Shown: positions 21,901 to 33,185, numbered from the stretch's first letter. The stretch is 60,843 bases of DNA from Octopus bimaculoides (GCF_001194135.2 NC_068986.1:25281571-25342413), one strand, 5' to 3'. Numbers and translations: made by a program. Notes: generated by a model from the letters alone, not told the origin.

Positions 21901-23685
21901 TGGTGACCCTGCCAGTGCATTCAGTCCACACTGTTAAGTGGTTGGCATTGGAAAAGCATCCAATTGTAAAAACCACGCTAAAACTGACCTCACCTGTGCT
22001 GGTGCTATATTAAAAGCACTCATTCCACTCTGTAGGGTGGTTGGTGTTAGGAAGGGCATCCAACCATAAAAACCATGCCAAAACAGACATAGAAGTCTGG
22101 TGCAGTCTTCTGCCTGGCCAGCTCCTGTCAAACCATCCAACCCATGCCAGCATAGAAGGAGGACATTAAAGGATGATGATAACAATAATGAAATCAAGCT
22201 AAAATATTCTACCTGTTTTATGTTCAAACTGGCCTGATCTGACCTCTCACACCTACCCTATGAAGTCATTCAAAAAATATATAATCACATCATAGACATC
22301 TCAAAGCTACAAGAGAATGCATGATTCATTCCAAATAATGTGAACAAATAAGTATTACATTTGACAGAATAATCTGAATGCTAAAGGGTTGGATGACTAA
22401 GAATATAAAAAATGAATTCGATACAACTGTTGATAACCACGACATGGTTGAATTGACAAGGTACTATGAGCTAACAGCCAAATCTCCCTCAAATAATTCT
22501 CCACTGTCTTATAAAAAAAAAGGACACATTGAATATAATGTAGCATGGAAAAAAAAAAACAAAAAAAAAACAAATGGAACTGTCATGACTGGAGCGCATT
22601 TGAGCATATTTTTGCTCATCAGAGCAGACTCGAGGATAAGCAACAATCGTACTATTTCATCCCTTATTGAAAATAAACACTCAACTTATTTTAATAATTC
22701 TAAAAGAAAAACAATATCCCAATGGATTTGATTTAAGCAGACTAACTCAAATCTTTATCTGAGCAGCTGACAAATTTACTCATTCGTATATATTATCAGA
22801 GCATTGATTTTTTAACGGTGAGAAAATCATAATTTGATATCAATAAAGCAGTTATTGACTATCCATCGTGTGTGTGCGTATGTGTGTATATAAATATATT
22901 ACAGATAGAATAACAGAAGTAAGATATTTTAAAGATACACATATCAATGTTTTAAACACGATTTGAAACAACAACATACAGGCTCAGTGTTTAACATTAA
23001 CTATTTGGCAACAAATTCTCTTTGATTTGATATGAACCGTCAAAGTCTAAAGCTGTCGTATGCTTATTCTGTTCTGATAATGTTATTGAATTGTAATGTA
23101 TAAGATTAAATGATCACTAATTAATAATCAATCGTTCAATAAATGAAAGGTAGACGTCAAAGAATTTAGAACTATATTTTGAATTCTAGAAAAATAATAA
23201 AACAAAATGTAAGATAAATATTTTCGTTCATAGCAAACTATCGATAATCTGATCGGCTCAAACGTTTCAAGATTTAATATTATTTTCATTTATAATTTTT
23301 TTTTCTTACAAAATATAGGTCGGAAACTGTAGTGTTAAAACAAAGCAACATATTTTTTAGAAATGTTTCTTTTTTTCTCTAAACAAACTCATTTTTTTTT
23401 ATAAACGTAATATTAATAATTTGTTTTAAATTTAAATTAAAGATAAACTTGACTAATAAAAAAACCCAACAATAATAAATTCGATTATTAAAAAAAAAGA
23501 CGAGACAAATGTATCCATTGTTTTGCGAAATAGTTAAAGATCTGTCCAAGCTTTAAAGAATCGGAACATTTTGATAAGATCTGGTAGACTTTGGAATTAA
23601 AGTATACAAAGTTTTAGATACACTCACCCTCAAGCTCGAGTATTTTCTTATCAGATTTATGATGCTTCTTGTGTTTTTTGCCCAT
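2935..23685 (-). CDS. BRD7: Bromodomain-containing protein 7/9 (single invertebrate BRD7/BRD9 ortholog), 16 coding exons, ~693 aa
   Basis: Hand-spliced: MGKKHKKHHKSD...EKPSEKPLKLVLKV; bromodomain RKDTHGFFAFPVNDVIAPGYSSIIQKPMDFS...KDFILMCQNAMIYNRPETIYYKEARRLLH; GFKEDKRNK; YLNYGPFSSYAPSFDSSFAN; C-terminal LRNAMGIS. These match human BRD7/BRD9 as I recall them. All junctions are GT-AG with compatible phases and exon lengths sum to 2082 nt. BRD7 versus BRD9 cannot be resolved. Confidence 0.96.
4265..4305 (-). CDS. BRD7: BRD7/9 exon 15
   Basis: ANKVTQELRELAKQ; ttgcag| and |GTAAAC; 41 nt. Confidence 0.92.
5632..5790 (-). CDS. BRD7: BRD7/9 exon 14
   Basis: KEISKEKELQQKLDYTAGLIQDLHSTQHDRLSAKPPVHLAFVPGPSQKEAQL; 159 nt. 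Confidence 0.94.
6207..6594 (-). mobile_element. tRNA-derived SINE family A with internal (TA/TG)n
   Basis: Head ggctgtgtggtaagtag...ggttcagtcccac (A/B-box-like); body shared with many copies. Confidence 0.9.
6967..7048 (-). CDS. BRD7: BRD7/9 exon 13
   Basis: DPYDVDFESLKTLSSDLGMDLSFLDHF; G|GTAAGT; 82 nt. Confidence 0.92.
7511..7600 (-). CDS. BRD7: BRD7/9 exon 12
   Basis: RKKEESKKQAQAAAELDQAMAAASADTSSQ; ttgtag| and |GTAATT; 90 nt. Confidence 0.88.
7808..8255 (-). mobile_element. GAT-tailed repeat (RTE 3' UTR family). Other copies near 1-230, 4390-4690, 4805-4990, 11530-11690, 21900-22180, 27790-28050, 34270-34580, 36780-36930, 37810-38160, 47360-47715, 47962-48131, 51243-51580
   Basis: Near-identical gtttaacgtccgctttccatgctagcatgggttggacg...gatgcccttcctaacgccaacc blocks, each abutting (CAT/GAT)n. 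Confidence 0.9.
8457..8568 (-). CDS. BRD7: BRD7/9 exon 11
   Basis: IMAFADSTGDYTIKMVDNLLDVLTNGEHSRVQGQIDQ; 112 nt. Confidence 0.94.
8867..9002 (-). CDS. BRD7: BRD7/9 exon 10
   Basis: VSYLNYGPFSSYAPSFDSSFANITKEESDMLMTTYGDETGVQYAK; 136 nt. Confidence 0.96.
10090..10200 (-). CDS. BRD7: BRD7/9 exon 9
   Basis: SDTEKVVNLGALASKLTNGTGVLTGFKEDKRNKISP; 111 nt. Confidence 0.94.
10986..11058 (-). CDS. BRD7: BRD7/9 exon 8
   Basis: YGFLRRRKDGSTSLTILNPENDGK; tttcag| and G|GTATG; 73 nt. Confidence 0.92.
12201..12511. mobile_element. hAT-type MITE with a perfect 8-bp target-site duplication
   Basis: TIRs CAGTGGTTTTCAA / TTGAGAACCACTG (element 12209-12503), flanked by ATTTAACT on both sides. Confidence 0.9.
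12632..12825. mobile_element. Foldback pair of Penelope-like element termini with hammerhead-like cores
   Basis: ACAC-CTGAAGA-A-GGCTG..CAGC(C/T)-GAAAC motif on both strands. Confidence 0.65.
12862..13084. mobile_element. piggyBac-type MITE
   Basis: TTAA-CCCTTTGAG ... CTTAAAGGG-TTAA. Confidence 0.8.
13217..13334 (-). CDS. BRD7: BRD7/9 exon 7
   Basis: LSRFEAIPDNMTPEEILAQARAAAKEAADLLTLRQPKAQ; 118 nt. Confidence 0.92.
13748..14318. mobile_element. piggyBac-type MITE, tandem 1.5 copies, with a nested MITE. Same family at ~6704-6931, 22190-22390, 59600-60017; a related one at 56963-57189
   Basis: TTAACCCTTTAGCATT ... AATGCCAAAGGGTTAA; second unit ends AAAGGGTTAA at 14318. Confidence 0.8.
14335..14510 (-). 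CDS. BRD7: BRD7/9 exon 6
   Basis: ENLLGMKRNLDF...KKQKT; gttcag| and AG|GTAAGA; 176 nt. Confidence 0.92.
14792..15079 (-). mobile_element. SINE family A copy (BRD7/9 intron 5)
   Basis: Same body and head as 6207-6594. Confidence 0.88.
15195..15305 (-). CDS. BRD7: BRD7/9 exon 5, bromodomain C-half
   Basis: KDFILMCQNAMIYNRPETIYYKEARRLLHMGVKQLSK; acetyl-lysine-binding Asn present; 111 nt. Confidence 0.97.
17387..17531 (-). CDS. BRD7: BRD7/9 exon 4, bromodomain N-half
   Basis: KDTHGFFAFPVNDVIAPGYSSIIQKPMDFST; tcatag| and |GTAAGT; 145 nt. Confidence 0.97.
17655..18062 (+). mobile_element. SINE family A copy (BRD7/9 intron 3)
   Basis: Full head-to-tail copy with a 10-N gap. Confidence 0.9.
18608..18849 (-). 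CDS. BRD7: BRD7/9 exon 3 (GRPHKRER...KQFQR)
   Basis: ttgcag| acceptor, AG|GTAATT donor, 242 nt. Confidence 0.92.
19328..19500 (+). other. Inverted, diverged, partly rearranged copy of BRD7/9 exon 2 within intron 2
   Basis: 19414-19464 matches the exon 2 coding strand at 42/51 nt (LKVTEPVSDVYTEIIEE vs LKVTEPVPEVYTGDTEE); 19328-19359 resembles EKPSEKPLKL. Confidence 0.85.
20299..20453 (-). CDS. BRD7: BRD7/9 exon 2 (EKPSEKPLKLVLKV...KKKKKKK...HHED)
   Basis: ccacag| acceptor, |GTATGT donor, 155 nt. Confidence 0.95.
23628..23685 (-). CDS. BRD7: BRD7/9 exon 1 (MGKKHKKHHKSDKKILELE)
   Basis: ATG at 23685, donor G|GTGAGT, 58 nt, phase 1. Confidence 0.93.
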
Positions 23686-23689
23686 TCTT

Positions 23690-25531
23690 TCCCAACTTGA
23701 AAATATTTCAGGAAAACAAGCCGGGATCCCTATTAATAACAGACATGCGTACAATGAAACTGATTATTTGTCCTCGCTTAAAATAGTTCCGGGTAACCTT
23801 GAAAATTGATGTCTGCACTTCTTTTTTCCTTCATAAAGGAATTAAAAGACAACGAAATATCAAATATACTTATATACAACGTTACAAAACGTTTATTTCG
23901 TAAAATAAAATACTAATTTGATATTAAATACTGATTTTCTCTTTCTAAATTATTTATAAAATTATATTTAGAAAGAAAAGCTTACACCGGTTATAGTTTT
24001 GCAACAGTGTTATTTTGGTTGTTTTCAAAAGCAGAACATATATTTATTTTGTGTTTATATGATTGCTTTTATCATAGCATTAATCTGAAACAAATTTCAA
24101 AATATATTTTTATAATTTAAATATTTAAACAGTTTTTTCTTCTTTTAATCGTTTTGCGATAGACCATAAAATGGGGAGTAAACTGAACTTCTGAAATGAC
24201 TTTATTTTCGCTCTGAAAATGTGGAAATTAACTAAAATGTAAGTTGTACAATTTTAATAACGATAATAAATGAAGAATATTTTATTATTAATTCTGATTT
24301 TTCTTCTCAAACCAACAATATTGTTGCCGATGCCGTAAATACATTTGAAGGTCGTTTACAAACGTGTTATATCGCGTTGGCCAAATGTAAACAAGAACTT
24401 ATCGTTATATTATGCAGTTAATTTATACTTATTTCTTTAGTTGTTATGTAAATTGTATTTTTGGATCCAATAAGCCGGTATATATATATTGTCATTCATG
24501 GCTTTATCAGATAAAAGTTTCTTTATCTAATGTAACTCAAGACGTGTCACTCATCACGTCCCGATTCACTAAAGTACTTGTTCTTTAAAGAAAAAAAAGT
24601 TATGTTTTTGTTTAGAATACTCTTGAAATTCCATTCATTCTCTGGATTTTCTCCGTATTTTTTTATTTAAAATTCGGACACCAATAATACGATCTTAAGT
24701 GAAGCCTAGCTATTACAATATGATATATGATTAATAAATGTAATGTATACGTAAGCAGATGAATTTATTAAAAATCGAAGTATCGACGTTCAAAACAGCA
24801 ATGTTTTGATTGAAAAATCAAATTCTACTCCAAAGATTCATTTTGATACTTTCAAAAGTTATTCATTAAAACTATATATTGTATTTGCAACGAACACGTG
24901 TTTGTTACGATGCTTTAACTACAATGTGCTATCCTCTGGTGTATTACTCTACTTTTTAAATGCTTGTTATGCAATGTTTTCAAAATTCGTGTATGATTTA
25001 TTAGTAATCATAAATCTGTTGCATCGTACACTAAATCTGTAGTTATGCCCTTACTTTATTAGTTCTAAGTAATAGAAATGCATTGCCGGCGAGCAGTGTC
25101 TACAATCTGGTTTCGGTTCCCAGTTGCAACAGTTTATTTACCTTACGTCACTTATGCTCTTGAGAATGTCCCACCATCTCCTTTTCCCGCCACTAAAAGT
25201 ACAAATATGTATAATAATATGTTTTTATACCGTTGAACTGTTTTAACCGTTCATCCACGTAGATCATAACGAGTTTCCTCAGATTTTGCTGTTTAAGTAT
25301 GAGACCTCGAGTGTTTATTACAAATCGAAACATTAAAAACCAAAATTTCTAAATTTATGGTCAAGTGCGAGGCAAGTTCTTGTAGAAAATGTGTTATTGA
25401 TTCAGTCGATCATAGTATGTTATTGGTATTTTATTTATTGATTCCAGAGGAATAAACAATAACATCGATCCCGTATGGGGTTTGGACTTAGAACCTAGAA
25501 GGATCATCATCATCATCATCATCACCATCAT

Positions 25532-25574
<43 letters not shown>

Positions 25575-26800
25575 GTCTGGATCCGTTTTTCCAAGCTGAC
25601 TGAATAGGTTCGCTGCACAACAAATTGCTGCCAATCTTGGTCTTTTGTCATCACATTTCTGAAGCACGATTTCATGATAATTAATCTTACCACTTGTTTT
25701 TGAACTTTTCTTAGTCTTCTTCTTCTTTTTCCATGGCCACCCCACCTCACATATTTTTCACTTAGCTCGTCGATCCACATCACGAGTTCTTATCACTGTA
25801 GTTACCTATTCTTTACAATTCGACTGTTGCTTCTAATGTTGTCGCTGCACTCGATTTCGTCTTATTTTTTTTTTATGGCAGCCGCTATTACACACCCAAT
25901 TAATCATACGTTTAATTTTTTTCCAGCCATGACCGTCCCATCATTTATGTATATCTATGACTGCATTATCCAACGTGTCTTTCATTTTTTTGTGATTCGA
26001 GGGAAATTTGGCTGCTACTTATAGCATGTCGAGATAATCGTATAGAAGTTCCTCATTGGTTCTGGTTCCTCTCGCCCCTCCAATGAATAAATCTTTCACC
26101 TGTTCGAAGAATAATTTTTCTTCCCTTTTTTTTTTCTGGAAGAAGAATGATTTTGGAAATGTTTCAAATACTATCTGAAGAGTAAGTCTAGTAAAATTGA
26201 TGGGAGGAGAAATAGAAAAAGACATCGCTGGATGATGAGTCAAGGGAAAATTGGTCAATTGGATAGATGTCACCCACTCAATCCTTTTATTTAATGAATA
26301 GTTCAGAAGACGCATATAAGTGATGAGTACACCTTCCCAAATATGGGATCAGTACACACGTTTATGTTGTTTCCCTAGATCAGCTTCGATTGAATAACGT
26401 TCGGTCTGGATCACTTTGTCTTTGTTTAACGTCTTATTGGACTTAATTAGCGGTTACAGATCAATGTAGTTCTTCCGCTTTTTAGGCAGTAATTTGTGAT
26501 ATGAAGTTAGATTTGACTGATATCTTTTGCTTTTTAAACGATCACATAGTAATTCTCTTGGATCCGCGAAAAAAGTATGTTAGACAAAAGTTTATTAATA
26601 TCAAGGGAAACAACTTTGCTCTGAGAAGCGAGCACTGTATGAACCGTATTTGATGGCATAACAGACGCACATCAATTTCAGCAGCGCATATTCAGGAGAA
26701 CTGAATGTCAGTAACAAAATTCGATTATAGGAGACCAAACTCTGCATGTAGGGCTCCGGGTGATTTTTTCTTTTTGTGAAAAAATATACGTTTTATATGC
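23690..26800. promoter_or_regulatory. Likely promoter and 5' region for BRD7/9 and possibly for the divergent COX11
   Basis: Immediately upstream of the BRD7/9 ATG; free of SINEs; CpG visibly more frequent than in introns (by eye, not counted). No TSS can be placed. Confidence 0.45.
25503..25575. repeat. (CAT/CAC)n trinucleotide repeat
   Basis: Direct. Confidence 0.95.
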
Positions 26801-26921
26801 CATCAAATACGGTAATGTGGGGAAGAAAATTAATCTGGTTTCTAAGATGATGAATACATTTAGCAATAAAGAAGATATATTTTTCATAATTGTCCCTACT
26901 ATCCTTGTAATATTGAACAGG

Positions 26922-27279
26922 CGAGGGTTCCAGTTGATCCGATCAACGGAACAGCCTGCTCGTGAAATTAACGTGCAAGTGACTGAGCACTCCACAGACA
27001 CGTGTACCCTTAACGTAGTTCTCGGGGATATTCAGCGTGACACAGTGTGACAAGGCTGACCCTTTGAATTCCAGGCACAACAGAAACAGGAAGAAAGAGT
27101 GAGAGAAAGTTGTGGTGGAAGAGTACAGCAGGGTTCGCCACCATCCCCTGCCAGAGCGTCGTGGAGCTTTTAGGTGTTTTCGCTCAATAAACACTCACAA
27201 CGCCCGGTTTGGGAATCGAAACCGCGACCCTATGACCGCGAGTCCGCTGCCCTAACCACTGGGCCATTGCGCCTCCACT
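26922..27279 (-). mobile_element. tRNA-derived SINE family D. Other minus copies at ~15410-15802, 10370-10670, 46995-47295, 4020-4240
   Basis: Head gtggaggcgcaatggcccagtggttagggcagcggac...ggtttcgattccc. Confidence 0.9.
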
Positions 27280-28230
27280 GTCACAGTAAGATTAAACCCA
27301 AAACTATGTGTTTCTCATTTATTGAATAAAGAAGTCATTCACAATTATTTGTAGTCTAAATTATTACATAAAACATAGAAATACCCAGGGGCAGTAACTC
27401 TGAATAAAAACTGACTTGGATTATGACTTCTCCAATCCATGTCGGCATGAAAAAGCGATTTGTAAGGTGATGATGATGACGACTTCCTGTACATATTCGT
27501 TAAAATATTTTCATTTACTCTAAAACGTATGGCAAGTAAAAAAGAAAAAAAAAAGGCCTGGAAACTTAGGTGCAGCCGTGGCTCTATGGTAAGAAATTTG
27601 CTTCCCAACTGCATGGTTCCAGGTTCAGTCGAACTGTGTGGCATCTTGGCCAAGTGTCTTCTACTATGGCCTTGGACCGACCAAGGCCTTGCAAGTGAAT
27701 TTGGTTGATGGAAACAGAAAGAAGCCCGTCGTGGAGAAGACAAGTGACCTGGACTTTTGGCGAATTGCTGTGCTTGAGAAAACATGTCAAGCTAAGTGCA
27801 ATCGGGGTCGTGGCCAGTGCCGGTGACGCGTGAATGACATCCGTGCTGGTGGCATATGAATGGCACTCGTGCCAGTGACACGTTAAATGCACCCAGTACA
27901 CTCTGTGGAGTGGCTGGCGTTAGGAAGGGCATCCAGCCATAGAAACCAAGCCAAAACACTGGAACCAATGCAACTCTCCAGCTTATCATCTACAGTCAAA
28001 CCGTCTAGCCCATGCCTTCATGGAAAACGGACGTGAAATGTTGATGATATATGCGTGTATGCGTCCTTGTATCTGTGTTTTCCCTCACCACTACTTGACA
28101 ACCGGTACTGGGGTGTTTACACTTGACTGCTGTTTGTAGCAGGTTGAGTAACCTATAGAGACTCTTATTGGCTTGTGTTTATGTGGTTTTGTTTAAGACT
28201 TCTTGTTTTATTGCTTGTTATGCTAATAGC

Positions 28231-28603
28231 AGTGGAGGCGCAATGGCCGAGTGGTTAAGGCAGCGGACTCGCGGTTTCGATTCCCAGACCAGGCGTTGTG
28301 AGTGTTTATTGAGCGAAAACACCTAAAGCTCCACGAGGCTCCGGCAGGGGACGGTGGCGAACCCTGCTGTACTCTTTCACCACAACTTTCTCTCACTCTT
28401 ACTTCCTGTTTCTGTTGTACCTGTATTTCAAAGGGCCAGCCTTGTCACACTGTGTCACGCTGAATATTCCCGAGAACTACATTAAGGGTACACGTGTCTG
28501 TGGAGTGCTCAGCCACTTGCACGTTAATTTCACAAGCAGGCTGTTCCGTTGATCGGATCAACTGGAACCCTCGACGGCGTAAGCGACGGAGTGCTAACAA
28601 TAA
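28231..28603 (+). mobile_element. SINE family D copy. A related head with a different body lies at ~59720-59965
   Basis: Reverse complement of 26922-27279 and 15410-15802. Confidence 0.9.
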
Positions 28604-29223
28604 NNNNNNNNNNNNNNNNNNNNNNNNNNNNNNNNNNNNNNNNNNNNNNNNNNNNNNNNNNNNNNNNNNNNNNNNNNNNNNNNNNNNNNNNNNNNNNNNN
28701 NNNNNNNNNNNNNNNNNNNNNNNNNNNNNNNNNNNNNNNNNNNNNNNNNNNNNNNNNNNNNNNNNNNNNNNNNNNNNNNNNNNNNNNNNNNNNNNNNNNN
28801 NNNNNNNNNNNNNNNNNNNNNNNNNNNNNNNNNNNNNNNNNNNNNNNNNNNNNNNNNNNNNNNNNNNNNNNNNNNNNNNNNNNNNNNNNNNNNNNNNNNN
28901 NNNNNNNNNNNNNNNNNNNNNNNNNNNNNNNNNNNNNNNNNNNNNNNNNNNNNNNNNNNNNNNNNNNNNNNNNNNNNNNNNNNNNNNNNNNNNNNNNNNN
29001 NNNNNNNNNNNNNNNNNNNNNNNNNNNNNNNNNNNNNNNNNNNNNNNNNNNNNNNNNNNNNNNNNNNNNNNNNNNNNNNNNNNNNNNNNNNNNNNNNNNN
29101 NNNNNNNNNNNNNNNNNNNNNNNNNNNNNNNNNNNNNNNNNNNNNNNNNNNNNNNNNNNNNNNNNNNNNNNNNNNNNNNNNNNNNNNNNNNNNNNNNNNN
29201 NNNNNNNNNNNNNNNNNNNNNNN
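28604..29223. other. Assembly gap (620 N). Other gaps: 20844-21081 and 10-N gaps near 17746, 48132, 51350, 53511
   Basis: Direct. Confidence 1.
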
Positions 29224-29269
29224 CTCCTAGTAATTTGATACACATATCCTCATTTATCAATAAAGCGGC

Positions 29270-29478
29270 GAGCTGGCAGAAACGTTAGCACGCCGGGCGA
29301 AATGCTTAGCGGTATTTCGTCTGTGTTTACGTTCTGAGTTCAAATTCCGCTGAAGTCGACTTTGCCTTTCATCCTTTCGGAGTCGATAAATTAAGTACCA
29401 GTTGCATACTGGGGTCGATCTAATTGATTGGCCTCCCTCCCCCAAAATTTCAGGCCTTATGCCTAGAGTAGAAAAAGG
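29270..29478 (+). mobile_element. SINE family B (gagctggcagaaacgttagc...ctttcatcctttcggggtcgataaattaagtacc). Other copies at ~800-1010, 3258-3900 (three tandem), 19105-19250, 30495-30700, 38555-38700, 51012-51225
   Basis: Recurrent ~210-nt unit with a tRNA-like head (gttcaaattcc B-box). Confidence 0.85.
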
Positions 29479-29681
29479 ATTGATTGAATTAACCTGTTTT
29501 TGAGTTACCTCCCTTCAGTGATGTAACTAGCTTTGCCGTATTTACACTGATATCTACCAGGCATGGCAGAGTCGTTAAAAAAGTTCACTTCGCAACTACG
29601 TGGTTTCAGGTTCGTTCCCATTGTTTGGCATCAGGCACAAAAGTGAAATTGGTACACGGAAACTGTACAAAGCCGTTGTGT

Positions 29682-29714
<33 letters not shown>

Positions 29715-30449
29715 TAGATAGATGTGTGTCTGTGTGAATGTTTACATTTTGTGCCTTCACATGAAAATATGTTAGCAAAAATTGGTGACATTATATTGAT
29801 ATTCCCCTCAATAAATCATACTTTAGCTCTATGCTTTTGCAGACACTTAAATGAAAAAGAAAAACCTTACTTGTAAAAGGTTAAGAACAGAAAGGGCAAC
29901 CAGATATCAATGCCTTGATAATATTGATAGTATTCATCCAACCCATGCTAACCTGGAATAATGGACATAAAGCATAAATATTTGTGTGCATATGTTGTTG
30001 GGGGGAGGAGGGTTAAGAACTTGCTTCCCAATTGCGATCTTAGGTGTTTACTATAATCCCAGGTTGATCAAAGCCTTGTGAGTAGATTTGGTACATGAAA
30101 AATTAAAATAGCCTGGTGTGTGTATGTGTGTGTAATGTCCTTACTAGCACCATCCACTTAATGATACAAATGGGGTGCATTTTACCATACTACCAGCACT
30201 ACTGAGATTGGCTTCTCCCTCTCAGCTGAACAATTCCTCCACTCAGTATATTATAGTTGAATAATTTATAAGCAATATGATTTATATTGATGGAATTCAT
30301 TATAATCATTCATTGTCCACCTTTTCATACTTGCATGGGTCACATGGAATTTGTCAGGGTGGATTTCTATAGCCAGATGCTCTTTCCATTGCTAACCCTT
30401 ATCTGTTTCTAGAAGACTGGAAACATTGGACGCTTCTAGCATGACAGCA

Positions 30450-30489
<40 letters not shown>

Positions 30490-31022
30490 GCATTGAGCTG
30501 GCAGAAACGTTAGCATGCCGGGCGAAATGTTTAGCAGTATTTCGTCTGTCTTTATGTTCTGAGTTCAAATTCTGCCGAGGTCGACTTAGCTTTTCATCCT
30601 TTCGAGATCGATAAATTAAGTATCAGTTGATTACTGGGGTTGATCTAATCGACTGGCTCCTTTCCCAAAAATTTTGGGTCTTGTACCTAGAGTAGAAAAG
30701 ATACACACACACACACTTGTATGTTGGGCTTCTTCAAGTTTCCATCCACTAAATCCACTCACAAAGCTTTAGTTGGCTTCAGCCTATAGCAGAGACACTT
30801 GCTCTTGACTAACAATTGACACATAGTTGGGAAGCCAATTTCTCACCCCACAGCCACATCAATGTGGTGCCAAATTTAACTTCTGGTTATCTTGTGGAAC
30901 ATTCATGTCCATAAAGCTTTCCTGGTACATTACAAGAGTTAATTTTTTTTTTCTGCTTATAAGAGTAATTAAACTAATTATTTATTTACAGCTAGGTGGA
31001 CTGGAGCATTTTCAAAATCATG

Positions 31023-32332
31023 TACAGGCTGGGGCAAAGAGGATGGTCGTTTCTGAAATGGGAATTACTTAGCCCCAGCGGGAGGGACATATGTCTGATA
31101 AGTACCATTCGGTCTGTGGTGTCTTAGCACTTCTTTTTCTTATCAGGTGAAGCCATGGTGCTTTGGACAATAGAGCATTGCATGTTTGCCTCCGACAGTC
31201 ATGCGAAGAATAACAAGTCTGTCTCAGCACTTTAGCATGAGTTTCAGCGCCACTTCAACATTCACTGAAATCAGGCTGTTCCCTCCCGTAACACAATCTT
31301 ACATTGGGTGAATGCACTTCGTACATGCGGTACACTAATGAATAGGAGACTGGTGGGGGTGCCACAAATGGTATGGACTCCAGAAAATGTGGAATGTGTC
31401 AGACAAACTTTGATATGGAATCCATATTGCTCTTCGAGGCATTCCACTGAACTTGGCATTGGTAATCGATCGATAAGGTGTATTTTGCATAAATACCTGC
31501 ATTTCCACCCATACAAATTAGTCATTGGGCAACAGTTGAAACCATGGGACTGTGCACAGCAGCGTAACTTCGCATGTCAGATGGAAGCAATTTTTGAGGC
31601 AAATGACAACCTCATTTTGTTAATGAGCAATGAATCTCATTTTCATTTCAATGGTATGGTGAATCAACAGATCTGTCATTATTGGGCTCTTGAAAATCCA
31701 AGAGAACTACACAAAAGACCACTGCACACCCCAGAAGTGACCGTCTAGTGTGCTGCTGGAAAAGCTGTCATCATTGGTCCTTACTTTTTTGAAGAAAATA
31801 ATGGAAATGCTGTTACTGTGAACTCCGAGGTGATAAACAACTTCTTTGTGCCTTAATTATGATGAAAACATATACCTATTCAACATGTGTGGTTTAATCA
31901 GGATGGGGCAATGACCTACATGGCCAGAGCATCAATGGACATTCTTCGCCCTATCTTCAGTGACCACCTCATTTCCAGGTTTGCTGACATTCCTTGGCCC
32001 CCTTGGTTTCTCTGATTTGTCCATGTGTGATTATTTCTTGTGAGGAAACCTCAAGGTACGTATGTATGTGCATAAGCCGTATACATTGGATGATTTGAAG
32101 GAAGCTATTCACGTGGAAGTCGCCCAAATTGACAGAGCAATGCTGGAGAAGATGGAGGCCAACTTTTAAGAATGCCTTCAGAAATGCATCAATGAAAACG
32201 GACACCACATGATGGATGTTGTTTTCCACACTTGATTTTGACAAATGCTAGTTCAATATGAATTGTTTGCAGCTAAAATTAATGATTTTGTGAAATTTTC
32301 GAAAACGCCCGTCCTTTCTGTCCCACCATGCA
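31023..32332 (+). mobile_element. Full-length decayed Tc1/mariner-superfamily transposon, DD41D (rosa-like)
   Basis: ~1.3 kb; degenerate TIRs (26/37 match, left TACAGGCTGGGGCAAAGAGG); remnants LHFHPYK, MS(N)ESHFHFNGMVNQQ, QDG, WPP-SPDLSMCDYFL; 41 residues between the 2nd and 3rd Asp after fixing one frameshift; stops present. Confidence 0.85.
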
Positions 32333-32980
32333 CCATGTCCACTTACTCAATGAAGTGCTGCAGACATGAACTGTCATTTAAAGCTTAGAGTTTTTTCCCT
32401 TTATATGTATGTGTGTGTGTCTAATCTCTCTCTCTCTCTCTATGTATATATATCTTCGAAACACCTAGTTTTAGAATAGAGGCAGCTGATGAAGGAATAA
32501 TTCCATAAGTGGCTTGTTTGTTTTCCTATGTTTTCGTTCTGTCGTCTGTAAACAAAGTCTGTTTTGTTTTTATGTTCCCGTTCATTTTTCTAACGTCCTG
32601 TACCCGGATATGCATCTATATATACATGTAGATGTAGGTATGTACATATATGTATGTATACATGCATATGCTTATATATCATTTGTATTATATATATGTA
32701 TTTCTGTATATATATGTATGTGTGGGTGTGTGTGTATATATACACACACACACATATATATATATATCCCTCTCTCACTCTCTAGGACAAAGGCACAAGC
32801 ACATACACAGACATATACACACACAGCAGTAACTTCCACCTACCAAATTCAATCACAAGGCTTCGGTCAGCCTGGGGCTATAGCAGAAGACACTTGCCCA
32901 AGGTGCCACGCGGTGGGAGTGAACCCGAAACCATGTAGCTGGGAAGCAAGCTTCCTAACCACAAAGCCATGCCCGCTCCT

Positions 32981-33019
<39 letters not shown>

Positions 33020-33029
33020 CTTGTTTCAG

Positions 33030-33185
33030 GCCACTGGACTTGGCGGTCAAGCAGTTGCAGGACATGATAGTAGTCGAGTAGAAAATATGAATAAAGTCAC
33101 CAACAGAAGTATTTTAGTACGATTTAATGCTGATGTCGCTTCAAGTATGCAGTGGAATTTTCGTCCCCACCAGCCATCTGTGAGA
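33030..33185 (+). CDS. COX11: COX11 internal exon (156 nt)
   Basis: gtttcag|GCCACT ... GTGAGA|GTAAGT, phase 0/0. Confidence 0.96.

Noticed and set aside
25488-25745. ORF MGWPWKKKKK... with an acidic tail, which looked like a myristoylated polybasic micropeptide
   Set aside because: The start codon is GTG, not ATG; the nearby ATG gives only MEKEEED*; the acidic tail is just the (CAT)n microsatellite.
26019-26315. 98-aa minus ORF ending GGARGTRTNEELLYDYLDML
   Set aside because: No recognisable homology, runs through a poly-A tract, and has no convincing splice partners.
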